A stretch of DNA of 64,000 nucleotides from Candidatus Babeliales bacterium (GTDB lineage Bacteria; Babelota; Babeliae; Babelales; RVW-14). The notes under the pieces are model-generated. The model searched no databases and had not been told where the DNA came from. It saw nothing but the letters and a program-made list of their open reading frames with translations. This document shows positions 46,394 to 56,304 of the stretch, one piece after another; position 1 is the first letter of the stretch; each line of letters begins with the position of its first letter. Both the position numbers and the translations under genes were made by a program. The stretch spans positions 5,503 through 69,502 of the forward strand of contig JBAZSL010000008.1 in assembly GCA_041662445.1 (NCBI GenBank), given 5' to 3'.

Positions 46394-46854
46394 GATTTCA
46401 TGCTCATATTTTCATTGTTGTTGAAATGTGATGCCAGTCGCGTGAAAAACCATAGAAGAAGGGGATAGCTGACAAGTGCTACGGCAATTCCTGCAACATT
46501 TCCTCCAATCAAGAAAGACCAGATGCAAATTTTTGTTGATCCAAAGATTTTGGTTAATGAAAATACCAAAGATGGTTGCCATCCCATGAGTGAGTGTACG
46601 AACCAGTATCCGAAATTATAATCAAACAAGTAAAAAGGAATCATGGTCCATGGATTGTTAATCGATGTGGCGATCAAAAGAGTGGGAAAATGAAGATTGA
46701 AAAAATAATTACACGCCAGCATGATGATCGTATGAACACCGGGAAATGGAGAAAAAGCGATATAAAGGCCCAAGCAGCATGACAGCGTGAGTCGCTGCGG
46801 AGTGCACCCTGAAAGCAACGCGTTTTGAAAAAAGGCGCTTATTTTTTTTCGCAT
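46390..46854 (-). CDS. DUF2062-like membrane protein
   Basis: I prefer the ATG at 46854 (MRKKISAFFQNALLSG), preceded by AGGAAG. The pattern GLYIAFSPFPGVHTIIML...NNPWTMIPFY resembles DUF2062 (from memory). There is a 4-nt overlap with smpB. Confidence 0.6.
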   Translation of the reverse strand: MRKKISAFFQNALLSGCTPQRLTLSCCLGLYIAFSPFPGVHTIIMLACNYFFNLHFPTLLIATSINNPWTMIPFYLFDYNFGYWFVHSLMGWQPSLVFSLTKIFGSTKICIWSFLIGGNVAGIAVALVSYPLLLWFFTRLASHFNNNENMSMKS

Positions 46855-47024
46855 ATGATCTTCCTGCCTAAAAAAACTTACTTTCAAGTATATCGCAACC
46901 GTTCGCGTGATGCGACCGCTGCTCCAATATCTCATTTTGTAATAAAAAACCAAGAGGCTTGCGTGGTGATGGGGGCTGCACTATCATTGAGGCGAAATGT
47001 GAAATTTTAAAAAAAAGGGTTTCT

Positions 47025-47663
47025 ATGAAACATCTCATACTGCTGTTGAGCTTGTTTGTTTTTTCCTTTTCACCTGCGTGGGGAGCAAAGCCGCAACCAG
47101 AAGTGCGGGGGTGTATCAAAGTTCAGGGAGCATGTGGGGCTGTTCCGCGTTTTCGTGTTTTATTTGATGGCAAAGAAACCATAAGCAACAGTGAGGGATT
47201 TTATAGGTTGCCGCTCGAAGAGCAGGATGAAAAGAAATATTTCTTATTGATCTGTCCAACGGTTAAACAAAATTTTGAAAAATCAAATACCGTAAAAAGC
47301 GTGCATATAGCCAAGGGTACGCCCCGGCGCTTTTTCTCATTTCAAAAAAATGCATGGACGGGTAGTTGGGAGGCCCAAGAAACAACACTTGAAGATACTG
47401 CTATACCAATGCACTGTGTTGTGGCTCTCCTTGATCCCGCCTATGTTGCTACTGTCGAAGATTGGAAAGCGCCTCTTCCGCCTTCAGTTATTAAGTCTCC
47501 TTTAATTGAGCTCAAAAATTCAATCGACAATAAAAAGCTTGCACAGGCTTCAGCGGCATCTCTTCTCGGTTCATTGGAATTAATTACCTTCCATGAGCCT
47601 ATTAAAGAAACGATTAAGGGGCATGCGGCTAATCCCAAAGTGTCGCTTGCGCTGGCGCAATAA
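47025..47663 (+). CDS. hypothetical secreted protein
   Basis: I prefer the ATG at 47025 (MKHLILLLSLFVFSFSPAWG). No recognised domain. It lies directly upstream of the 1400-aa protein. Confidence 0.55.
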   Translation: MKHLILLLSLFVFSFSPAWGAKPQPEVRGCIKVQGACGAVPRFRVLFDGKETISNSEGFYRLPLEEQDEKKYFLLICPTVKQNFEKSNTVKSVHIAKGTPRRFFSFQKNAWTGSWEAQETTLEDTAIPMHCVVALLDPAYVATVEDWKAPLPPSVIKSPLIELKNSIDNKKLAQASAASLLGSLELITFHEPIKETIKGHAANPKVSLALAQ

Positions 47664-47781
47664 AAAACATAATTTGCTTCACTATCCTGCAAGCTTTTTT
47701 TACCAAACCATTGCACCATTTCAACCTGTCCAGCTAGCTTGGTTCTTAGTATTGTTTTCATTTTTTTACAGGGAGAGTGGT

Positions 47782-50700
47782 ATGCGCAAACTTTTATTGA
47801 TGCTGGCAATGCTTTGGGTATGTTTTTTTGCACGTCCTCTTATTGGTTCGGATGCGTCCGATAGTACATCTTCGGGTGGTCCAACTCCACATGGGTATGC
47901 GTTGATTCATCTTGTGCACAACCAAACGCCATATCCCATGAAATTTTTTAAAGACCCAACAGCTCTTATTCAACGGTTACCAGAAGGTGCAGCCTTTCGT
48001 CTTAAGGGTTACTTTGCCAATAATTACTACTATTGGCGTGCCCTTGATATTAATGGGAAATGGAAGTTTTCCTGTACGTGGCCGTCGACGAGTGGTGGTA
48101 AAGACGATACCGATAGTGCCACTGTGTTTACCGTTGTAAAAAAATATGCCTCAAATGATGCAGTGGTGATTGCGTCAAAACACACTGCATTTGGTAAAGA
48201 TAAAACTAAAAAAGTCATTGCGGTTAATAAAGATACCTATGAAATTGAGCTCATTGATTATAAAGATGGCGATGCCCGCAACCCATGGGCTGAATGGAAG
48301 TTTGCGGGAAGAGAGCCTGGTGGCGCTGTTGATTTTGATAATCTGTGGCTTGGCAATCCGGCAGCTGTTGGATCGGTTAAGGGCCAATTAGCGTTTTTGG
48401 CGGCACGCAGCGTAGAACATGAGATTAAACGGCTCAAAAAAGAACTTGCGCCCTATGCTGCCACGCTTGGTCCTTTGGACTCGCTTGAAGAAATGCGTAA
48501 GAAAAGTGTTTCGTATATCGCCTTCAAGTCTGCTCGATGGGGTGCGATGGCAAGCCATTGGTCGGCAGCTCAAAGTATTAATGGGTGGATTGACACTATT
48601 CAGAGATTAGCAAAATTTCTTGCACAAATAATCATTGATGCCGGAGTTAAAGAAGGCGAATCGCAGAGCGATTGGGAAACTCGCATTGCAGCAAAAATCA
48701 TAGAACCACAATATCGTGACGGTTGGCAAGCCATAATTAATGCTGGCAGTGGTGATCCGGTTGCTCGTGTTAAAGCAATGCTTATGGGCAATCCATTTGC
48801 TAAGCTTTTTTCTTCGATGAAAGTAGCAGTTCCAGGTGGTAGCGATGCCGCTAAGTCATTTCTCCAATGGGTAGAAATAGCAACCCCTGACATAAAACCT
48901 GGTTTTTCAAAGAAAGATTTTGATGATCTTCAACGTTATGGTATTAAGTCATTTGAATTAAGTAATAGAACTCATCCAACCAGGACAGATGTCATGCTTT
49001 TCCGCAGGAATAGAGTGTCATGGCAAAGTTCTCTGTTCGGCACATGGCTGGAGGGCTCACTTAAAGTGCTTGATAACATAGTTTGGAGCGATTCCGGTGG
49101 CCCTGATGCATCTTTGCCTGATGTTGGGCAGGAAGGCCCGCTGATTGTTACGGCGAGTCAAGAAGGCATCAGGCGTCTGGCCTCACGAGACAGGCTTATG
49201 GCACTTTATGAGCGTCAAGAACGTGGTGAAGAATCGCCGGACGATGGCGTTGGCTATGTTGGTGACAAAGGTGATCCAAATCTTGGCCAATTCCAAGATG
49301 CGCAAAAAACATATATTCCTTGGGATGGCGATATGCTATCGCTGCAACTTCTGAGCGGAACAACTCCTATTGAACGTGAAGGTATGATTGTTGGCCCTGG
49401 CGCTTCATCGCAAGTGACCGATATATATGTTGCTCAGCAGCCTGAAATGAAGGGCCATGGATACGAAAAAATTGATGACTTTGGTCCCGAAAAGTCTGTG
49501 GCACTAGGCTCGTTTTTTGCTGATGGCTACGCATGGCTTGAACAATCAATGCTCTATCCATGGAAATGCACGATTCTTTTTAAAGCTAAATCAGGTGACG
49601 ATGGCAATGTTCGTATTGCTCTTGGTACGGCAACTGGTCCAGATGCTGAATATCTTATTGTTATTGGTGATGATAACAATACGGTTTCGCGTATTTATAA
49701 ACAAAGGTCATTTGTCGCTGGCCAGGGAAACTCAGATATAAAATTTGAGCCTGTTCTTACCGTTGTTCCTAAAAAGGGTATTCCATCTGAAGTCATGCCG
49801 TGTGTGCGCCCGGGAAGGTTTGAAAGTTTCTGGGTGAGTCTCAATAATGGGTTTATTGTTGTTGGAAAAGGTGAACCAGGTGTTGGCATTATTATGGCCT
49901 GGAAGGACCAAAATTATAAACTCGTTAATAAAATTGGTTTCAGTGCATATGGGACTGAAACGGTATATCAAGATGTTCAGCAAATTGATTATCCAATGGT
50001 ATCCAAAGTTCCGTTTGATACCTCCTATGTTACCATCGATGGCAATGTTGCTCTTGGGACGGGCAATTCCCCTGCGTGGCTCAAGCTGCCATTGTCACCA
50101 GCAGATGCGGGTGCGCTTCATTTCATCGTGAAGGGCAATGGCGATTTCAGGATTTGCTTTGTCCAAGACCCAAATCTGGTCGAAGGTCCGGCAAATAAAG
50201 GCTATGATATTATTTTTGGCGCACAGGGTGTTTCAATCTGTCGTCACGAAAATCCTCAGGATGCTGTGGTGACAAGCGATATCAAAATAGATCGCAGCCA
50301 AAAAGTTTGGGTAAGCCTTTATAAGGGCATGATTCTCATTGGCCAAGGTCCTGTGGGGACCGATCCATTTCTTTTTTGGCAAGATTGGTTTGGACGGGAT
50401 GAAAGCGTGCTCCAGGGCATTGCTCGCATAGGCTTTTCATCAGGACCGGGTACCGTTGCCATTAGCGATGTTTCTATTTGGCCTGAAGTTGAAATAGGCT
50501 TTGGTGATGTTAAGACGCAGTATGGAAAAGAAAGCATTGAATTTATTCCCATAAAAGGCGCACTAGAAGTTGTAGCCCCATTCTGGTACCGCGGCTTTCA
50601 AGATGGGCCGTTAGTGCGCGTAAGAGAGCTTTTCTTGAATGGTCTTAAGCGGCTAGAATCAACGCCACGCCCGGGCGCAACATACACCTATGATTTTTCT

Positions 50701-51984
50701 ATAACAAAGAACGGGGTCGCGCAATTTACGCTTCTTGGTATGCAAAAGAGCCAGGAGGAACTTGCGACGCAACGAAATCAAATTTTAAGAACTCGTTCAG
50801 CAGAAGCTACCGAATTTTCAGCTACCGTTTTGTCACGTAGCGGCGTTGAGGCAGCAAGCGCGAGTCTTGCCGTTGGGCTATCTGCAGGGATGCTTGGTGG
50901 GGCTATTTTATCGCGTGTTCTTGCAGCAACAGATGAAGCAAAGCTCTCAGAGATACAATCGCTTGCACAACGGTATATTCCGCCGCCAGAACAGATTACG
51001 CGTTCGACGGCGCAACTTCAAGCCCCATCGATGGCCATTCAAGTGGCCAAAAGGAACGTTGAAGATGGTCTTGCTTCTGCAGCGTCTCTTGGGCTTGAGC
51101 AAAAAATAGAAAAATACAAAGAAATTTTGGATAACGTCATAGGATTTGCATGTCTTGAGGGAGCTTCTAAGAGCCGTATCATTGGCGGGATTAATGCTGT
51201 GTGCGAAGAAGTGACGGGTAGGGCGTTGGATAATTCTACGTACGGTTTATACGGTGATCTATTTACGGTGTTCCTCAAGGCATATAGTAATCGTTTTTTA
51301 ATTGATCGCATGGACAATAAAGATGCCCAACAGCGTAGAGAGTGGTATCTGCGTGCTAACGGAATTTTCCGCGATATATACAAAAAACCGTCAGTGCAAG
51401 GTGATCGTGGGATTGATATCAGCTTCAAAGATGAATATCTCTGGCTGCCTGAGAGCTTTAAAGTTCCTGGACAAGGGCTTTTTGTATGTGAAATTAAGGC
51501 AGATAGCGATGCATTTATTGGGTTTGCAGGTTCTAGCGATCCCACACGTAATACGGGAAAGCCGATGTATGAGATTGTTATAGGGAAATGGTCAAACACT
51601 AAAACAGAGATTAGTCGTAAACATCTTGGTGATCCGGTTATTTCGTTTGATCAAAGTATATCAACTGATGACAAACCCTATGACCAGCTTGCCCTGGATC
51701 CATTGAGCTTCCAAACGTATTGGATTAACGTTGACGACGGTAAGATTACTATCGGCAGAGGCTTGCCTGATGCGGAGAAAAAAATCATTGAACTACAACA
51801 AATCGCCACATGGAAAGATCCCTATGCTGCGCAACAGGTCAAAGCTATCGGTTTGAGTTCGTGGAATGCTGGCGTTACGGTGCGCAACCTCATGGTCTAT
51901 CCAGCAATGAGCAAAATAAAGTCTCTTGATACGGTTAAAAAAGAAATATTCACAAAACTACAAGGCAGCACTGACGAAGCGTAA
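47782..51984 (+). CDS. giant secreted protein (1400 aa) with three FAMeT-like (Methyltransf_FA-like) modules
   Basis: I prefer the ATG at 47782 (MRKLLLMLAMLWVCFFA), preceded by GGGAGAG. The three internal modules are at about 49555-49992, 50074-50487 and 51439-51903. See findings. Confidence 0.8.
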   Translation: MRKLLLMLAMLWVCFFARPLIGSDASDSTSSGGPTPHGYALIHLVHNQTPYPMKFFKDPTALIQRLPEGAAFRLKGYFANNYYYWRALDINGKWKFSCTWPSTSGGKDDTDSATVFTVVKKYASNDAVVIASKHTAFGKDKTKKVIAVNKDTYEIELIDYKDGDARNPWAEWKFAGREPGGAVDFDNLWLGNPAAVGSVKGQLAFLAARSVEHEIKRLKKELAPYAATLGPLDSLEEMRKKSVSYIAFKSARWGAMASHWSAAQSINGWIDTIQRLAKFLAQIIIDAGVKEGESQSDWETRIAAKIIEPQYRDGWQAIINAGSGDPVARVKAMLMGNPFAKLFSSMKVAVPGGSDAAKSFLQWVEIATPDIKPGFSKKDFDDLQRYGIKSFELSNRTHPTRTDVMLFRRNRVSWQSSLFGTWLEGSLKVLDNIVWSDSGGPDASLPDVGQEGPLIVTASQEGIRRLASRDRLMALYERQERGEESPDDGVGYVGDKGDPNLGQFQDAQKTYIPWDGDMLSLQLLSGTTPIEREGMIVGPGASSQVTDIYVAQQPEMKGHGYEKIDDFGPEKSVALGSFFADGYAWLEQSMLYPWKCTILFKAKSGDDGNVRIALGTATGPDAEYLIVIGDDNNTVSRIYKQRSFVAGQGNSDIKFEPVLTVVPKKGIPSEVMPCVRPGRFESFWVSLNNGFIVVGKGEPGVGIIMAWKDQNYKLVNKIGFSAYGTETVYQDVQQIDYPMVSKVPFDTSYVTIDGNVALGTGNSPAWLKLPLSPADAGALHFIVKGNGDFRICFVQDPNLVEGPANKGYDIIFGAQGVSICRHENPQDAVVTSDIKIDRSQKVWVSLYKGMILIGQGPVGTDPFLFWQDWFGRDESVLQGIARIGFSSGPGTVAISDVSIWPEVEIGFGDVKTQYGKESIEFIPIKGALEVVAPFWYRGFQDGPLVRVRELFLNGLKRLESTPRPGATYTYDFSITKNGVAQFTLLGMQKSQEELATQRNQILRTRSAEATEFSATVLSRSGVEAASASLAVGLSAGMLGGAILSRVLAATDEAKLSEIQSLAQRYIPPPEQITRSTAQLQAPSMAIQVAKRNVEDGLASAASLGLEQKIEKYKEILDNVIGFACLEGASKSRIIGGINAVCEEVTGRALDNSTYGLYGDLFTVFLKAYSNRFLIDRMDNKDAQQRREWYLRANGIFRDIYKKPSVQGDRGIDISFKDEYLWLPESFKVPGQGLFVCEIKADSDAFIGFAGSSDPTRNTGKPMYEIVIGKWSNTKTEISRKHLGDPVISFDQSISTDDKPYDQLALDPLSFQTYWINVDDGKITIGRGLPDAEKKIIELQQIATWKDPYAAQQVKAIGLSSWNAGVTVRNLMVYPAMSKIKSLDTVKKEIFTKLQGSTDEA

Positions 51985-51993
51985 TTCTTAAGT

Positions 51994-52018
51994 GGGCGGC
52001 CCATTTTTGTGGCCGCCC
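51994..52018 (+). terminator. GC hairpin after the giant gene
   Basis: GGGCGGCC-catttttgt-GGCCGCCC starts 10 nt after the stop. The T-tract is weak. Confidence 0.45.
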
Positions 52019-52041
52019 GAATTCATTTGTATAAAATATTT

Positions 52042-52069
52042 TTGACTTTTCGCTTAAAAACGCCATAAT
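52042..52069 (+). promoter_or_regulatory. candidate sigma70 promoter for rpmA (TTGACT-16-CATAAT)
   Basis: Hexamers read directly from the sequence. The element is about 65 nt upstream of the rpmA ATG. Confidence 0.45.
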
Positions 52070-52133
52070 AAAAAACTAGTTTAATTCCTACAAAATCCGC
52101 GTTTTCAACGTAATAATCCATTAAGGACTTAAC

Positions 52134-52391
52134 ATGGCAACGAGTAAAAGTGGTGGCTCTACAGGTAACGGCCGTGATAGCATTTCAAAGCGTTTGGGGT
52201 GCAAGCGTTTTGACGGTCATCTTGTAAATTCAGGCGAAATCATAGTTCGTCAACGTGGTACTAAAATCCATCCGGGCAAAGGTGTGCTTCGTGGTGGAGA
52301 TGATACGCTCTTCGCGCATGTGAGTGGCCACGTCAAATTTCATTCTGGTCTCAAGGGGAGAAAGTACGTTTCTGTTATCCAGGTTGCCTAA
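52134..52391 (+). CDS. rpmA: 50S ribosomal protein L27
   Basis: [23 protein letters not shown]...[13 protein letters not shown] is the L27 signature. Confidence 0.93.
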   Translation: MATSKSGGSTGNGRDSISKRLGCKRFDGHLVNSGEIIVRQRGTKIHPGKGVLRGGDDTLFAHVSGHVKFHSGLKGRKYVSVIQVA

Positions 52392-52444
52392 GTAGTGGCC
52401 GTGGAACAGAAAGGTAGAGTGTTAGTAAATAAAACGGAGAGATT

Positions 52445-53338
52445 ATGCAAGAGAATTCTGCCGGTTCAATTCACTATAAAATAGATTTTCTCAAATACCG
52501 CTATGTATGGCTTGCGTTGTCGGTTGTTTATTTGCTTATTGGCGCGGTAGCATATGTAGTTAAGGGCGGTTTTACATATAACATTGATTTTGTTGGCGGT
52601 ACGGAGCTGCGCGTTGCCTTTGATCAGCCTGTGCATGAAGATAAGGTGCGCGAGGCGATGGCCAGCAAGGGCTGGAAGGATGCCGTTATTCAAAGCGTCG
52701 GTGTTGGCGGCAGAGATGTGCTCATTCGTATTACAGATGCCTCGACGGGGATAGAGAATAAAGTTAAATCAGCTTTGGTTGAAGGCATTGTTGGCAATCC
52801 GGTGCGCATGGAGGGTGTTCAATCGGTTGGTGCTGAAGTTGGTAGGGATACGACCAAAAACGCTGTTTTCGCATTGTTGCTGTGCTTATTGGTTTTGTTG
52901 CTGTACATAGCCCTGCGATCACAGTTTAGATTCGGTGTCGGAGCCGTGGCTTCATTGGTACATGACTTGTTGGCGGTATTAGTGTTTCTGCTTCTTTTTG
53001 AAGAGCCTATTTCGCTCAACGTTTTGGCATCAGTCCTTTCTATTCTTGGATATTCTCTTCATGATACGATCGTTATTTTCAGTCGTATTAAAGAAAACTT
53101 TAAAAAATTAAAAGGTGCTTCAGAGTACGAAATTGCTAATTTAAGCATTAATCAGACTCTTAAACGCACACTTTTGACCAGTTTTGCCACGTTGTTAGCC
53201 GTTTCTTCCATCCTTATCTTGGGTGGTGAAGCGCTTCATGGCTTGGCAATTGTCCTTTTTGTTGGAATTATTGTAGGTACCTATTCATCGATCTACATCG
53301 CAAGCCCGGTAATGTTACTACTTAAAGGCAAGAAATAA
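52445..53338 (+). CDS. secF: protein-export membrane protein SecF
   Basis: 297 aa. Motifs FTYNIDFVGGTELRV and GYSLHDTIVIFSRIKEN. Confidence 0.88.
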   Translation: MQENSAGSIHYKIDFLKYRYVWLALSVVYLLIGAVAYVVKGGFTYNIDFVGGTELRVAFDQPVHEDKVREAMASKGWKDAVIQSVGVGGRDVLIRITDASTGIENKVKSALVEGIVGNPVRMEGVQSVGAEVGRDTTKNAVFALLLCLLVLLLYIALRSQFRFGVGAVASLVHDLLAVLVFLLLFEEPISLNVLASVLSILGYSLHDTIVIFSRIKENFKKLKGASEYEIANLSINQTLKRTLLTSFATLLAVSSILILGGEALHGLAIVLFVGIIVGTYSSIYIASPVMLLLKGKK

Positions 53339-53550
53339 GTTCTAATTTTCAATTAATTGGCAATTGCGTTAAATACTTGAAAAATAGAAAATAATCCGGC
53401 AAACTAAAATTAGAAACACCGAAAGTTCTATTTTGACCATTTTTTGGTGTTTTTTCACAGTTCTCAGGAGAATAGGCTGCCTGGGTGGGGTCAAACAACG
53501 GAAAAATCATATAATGTTCAATCATATCTCTATCTATCTTGTGGGGTACA

Positions 53551-55110
53551 ATGAGTAATAAACATGTCGAAGCGTCCGATAAAGTTCTTCAGCAATCCTC
53601 TGTCAAAAGTCCTTCAGAGGGCGATGCTTCACGACAACCGTCTCAGCCAGAGGTAAAAAGTGTTCCAGCGCCGGCGGTTACCAAAAGTGAAAAGCCGGCC
53701 CATGGGCCTCGTGCTGCTGTGCCCAAATTGGCTGAAAAAGCAGTTACGCAACAACGGCCTGCTCAACCATCAGAGCCCGCTCAGATTACTGCGCCAACAC
53801 CAACTCCACAGGTTCCTGAACCTCTGCCTCCTATGAAGTCGATCAACGTCCAAGAACTTAAAGAAATGAATATCACCAGCCTTATTATCTATGCCCAGGA
53901 ATTGGGAATACCGGACGTTGCCTCTCTCAAAAAACAGGAAATAATTTTTAAAATTCTCGAGTCTCAGTCTGATCAACGTGTTGAAATTTGGGGTGAAGGT
54001 ATTTTGGAGCGTCTGCCTGATGGATTTGGCTTCTTGCGTTCACCAAAATTTAATTATGTTCCTGGTCCTGATGATATTTATGTTTCGCCAGCGCATATTA
54101 AGCGTTTTGGCCTTCGTACCGGTGATGGGATAAAGGGAACCATTCGTAAACCCAAAGAGGGTGAAAAATATTTTGCACTGCAGCGTGTTGAGTCTATTAA
54201 CTTTCAACCGCCTGCTCACGTAACGACCAAGACAATGTTTGAAAATTTAACGCCTCTTTTCCCTAATAAAAAATTTGAACTTGAAGCCGATCCTTCGGTT
54301 ATTTCGACCCGCATTATGGATATTTTTGTTCCGATTGGTAAGGGACAGCGTGGTCTTATTGTTGCCCCGCCAAAAACGGGTAAAACGTTGTTGCTCAAAG
54401 AGCTGGCCAATACCATCATCAAGAACAATCCCGAAGTAATCATGATTGTGTTGTTGATTGATGAACGTCCTGAAGAAGTAACTGATATGGAACGTTCGGT
54501 TAAAGCCGAAGTTGTCAGCTCAACGTTTGACGAGTATGCCACACGCCATGTGCAGGTTGCCGAGATTGTGCTCGAAAAAGCTAAACGATTAGTTGAAGCT
54601 GGGCATGATGTTGTTATTCTGCTCGACTCGTTAACGCGTCTTGCGCGTGCCTACAATACGCTTGCTCCAGCATCAGGAAAAGTTTTGACGGGTGGTATTG
54701 ATGCAAATGCATTGCAACGCCCAAAACGTTTCTTTGGTGCAGCGCGTAACATTGAAGAGGGTGGTTCGTTGACCATTTTGGCAACAGCACTCGTAGAGAC
54801 CGGTTCTCGTATGGACGAGGTTATTTTTGAAGAGTTCAAAGGAACCGGCAATATGGAAATTCATTTAACGCGTAAATTATCTAATAAGCGCATATTCCCT
54901 GCATTTGATCTTCAAATGTCCGGCACACGTCGTGAAGAGTTAATGCTCTCTGAAGAGCAGTTGAGAAATATGTTGGTTCTCCAGCGTTTTGTTGGAACCA
55001 TGAGCACGACCGAAGGCATGGAGTTCTTGATTGATAAAATGCGCAGGACCAAAACAAATCAAGAGTTTTGGGATATGATGCTCAAGAAAAAAAATACGGA
55101 AAATAAGTAA
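53551..55110 (+). CDS. rho: transcription termination factor Rho with a Pro/Ala/Gln-rich N-terminal extension of about 100 aa
   Basis: I prefer the ATG at 53551 over the track's TTG at 53539. Motifs [17 protein letters not shown] and Walker [16 protein letters not shown], plus a conserved C-terminal domain. Confidence 0.92.
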   Translation: MSNKHVEASDKVLQQSSVKSPSEGDASRQPSQPEVKSVPAPAVTKSEKPAHGPRAAVPKLAEKAVTQQRPAQPSEPAQITAPTPTPQVPEPLPPMKSINVQELKEMNITSLIIYAQELGIPDVASLKKQEIIFKILESQSDQRVEIWGEGILERLPDGFGFLRSPKFNYVPGPDDIYVSPAHIKRFGLRTGDGIKGTIRKPKEGEKYFALQRVESINFQPPAHVTTKTMFENLTPLFPNKKFELEADPSVISTRIMDIFVPIGKGQRGLIVAPPKTGKTLLLKELANTIIKNNPEVIMIVLLIDERPEEVTDMERSVKAEVVSSTFDEYATRHVQVAEIVLEKAKRLVEAGHDVVILLDSLTRLARAYNTLAPASGKVLTGGIDANALQRPKRFFGAARNIEEGGSLTILATALVETGSRMDEVIFEEFKGTGNMEIHLTRKLSNKRIFPAFDLQMSGTRREELMLSEEQLRNMLVLQRFVGTMSTTEGMEFLIDKMRRTKTNQEFWDMMLKKKNTENK

Positions 55111-55118
55111 GCGTTTCA

Positions 55119-56165
55119 ATGCTGATTCTAGGTATTGATACGTCATGTGATGAAACGGGCGCCGCTGTTTTTGATACTGCGGCGCACAAGTTACTCTCAC
55201 ATGCACTCTTTTCACAAATCGATCTTCATGAAGTGTACGGAGGCGTTGTTCCCGAAATTGCCTCCCGCTCTCAGCTCGAAAAAATTGATATTATCGTTGC
55301 TCATGCTTTGGCCAAAGCGGGTATATCTATCGAGCACATCGATGGCATTGCCGTTACCAATAGACCAGGGCTTGTTGGCTCGCTTCTTGTGGGTCTGAGC
55401 TTTGCCAAAGGTATTGCATGGGCGCTGAGAAAAAAAATTATGGGTGTTGACCACCTTGAAGGTCATATTTTCTCATCATTTTTGCAATCTGATGGGGGTG
55501 TTAGGAACGGCATCGAATTTCCTATGCTTGCGCTTTCCGCCTCCGGTGGCCATACGGCACTACACAGAGTAAAAGATTTTGGTAATTACGAGCTTATCGG
55601 TCAAACACATGATGATGCGGCCGGTGAAGCCTTTGATAAAATCGCAAAAATGTTAGGGCTTGGTTATCCCGGTGGCGCGGTCATCGAAAAATTAGCGGCG
55701 CAGGTAAACTTTCATGACTTCTTTTCGTATCCACGCACCAAATTTTCTAAAGAGCGTCTCGAGTTTAGCTTTTCGGGACTTAAAACTGCGGTGCTGTATG
55801 ATCTTGCCAAAAAAGGTGCCTACGATTTGGCAACAGGGCCGATAAAGACGGCGCTCACGCCTGCGCTACAACAACAGGTAGCAAGTTCATTGCTCGTGTG
55901 TGTTGGCGACATTTTTTGTGCGTCGGTACGTGAGGCGCTTATACGCCAGCCCGATATACAAACGGTGACGTTTGCCGGTGGTGTTGCCTGTAATAAGTAT
56001 CTACGATCGCGTCTTGAGGCTTTTTGCATGCAGGCTAAAAGAAAGTTTTTTGCGGCTCCGCCAAGTTTTTGTACCGATAATGGGGCTATGATCGCCTTTG
56101 TTGGCGATTATAAATCTCAGCAGAATAAGTGGGATACACTTGCTCTTGATGTTATCAAGCTATAG
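55119..56165 (+). CDS. tsaD: tRNA N6-adenosine threonylcarbamoyltransferase
   Basis: MLILGIDTSCDETGAAV, HLEGH, and GDAAGEAFDK-type motifs. Confidence 0.9.
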   Translation: MLILGIDTSCDETGAAVFDTAAHKLLSHALFSQIDLHEVYGGVVPEIASRSQLEKIDIIVAHALAKAGISIEHIDGIAVTNRPGLVGSLLVGLSFAKGIAWALRKKIMGVDHLEGHIFSSFLQSDGGVRNGIEFPMLALSASGGHTALHRVKDFGNYELIGQTHDDAAGEAFDKIAKMLGLGYPGGAVIEKLAAQVNFHDFFSYPRTKFSKERLEFSFSGLKTAVLYDLAKKGAYDLATGPIKTALTPALQQQVASSLLVCVGDIFCASVREALIRQPDIQTVTFAGGVACNKYLRSRLEAFCMQAKRKFFAAPPSFCTDNGAMIAFVGDYKSQQNKWDTLALDVIKL

Positions 56166-56304
56166 AAAGTACTTTTCGCGATAAGGGCATTGCTAATGAA
56201 GCAACCAGCCCGAGTATCTGTACGTTTCTTCAAAAACCGTATTTTTGCTGAATTCAATGGGCTTTTTTACAAAAGACTTCTGAGCTGTCATTCTATGAGG
56301 CTCC

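Noticed and set aside
47593-47781. A 63-codon N-terminal extension of the giant ORF overlapping the previous gene
   Set aside because: It has a basic, odd composition and overlaps 47025..47663. An ATG at 47782 with a GGGAGAG RBS starts a canonical signal peptide.
53400-53450. AAACACC...GGTGTTTTTT as the secF terminator
   Set aside because: The stem is only 7 bp with a loop of about 25 nt, which is too weak to call.
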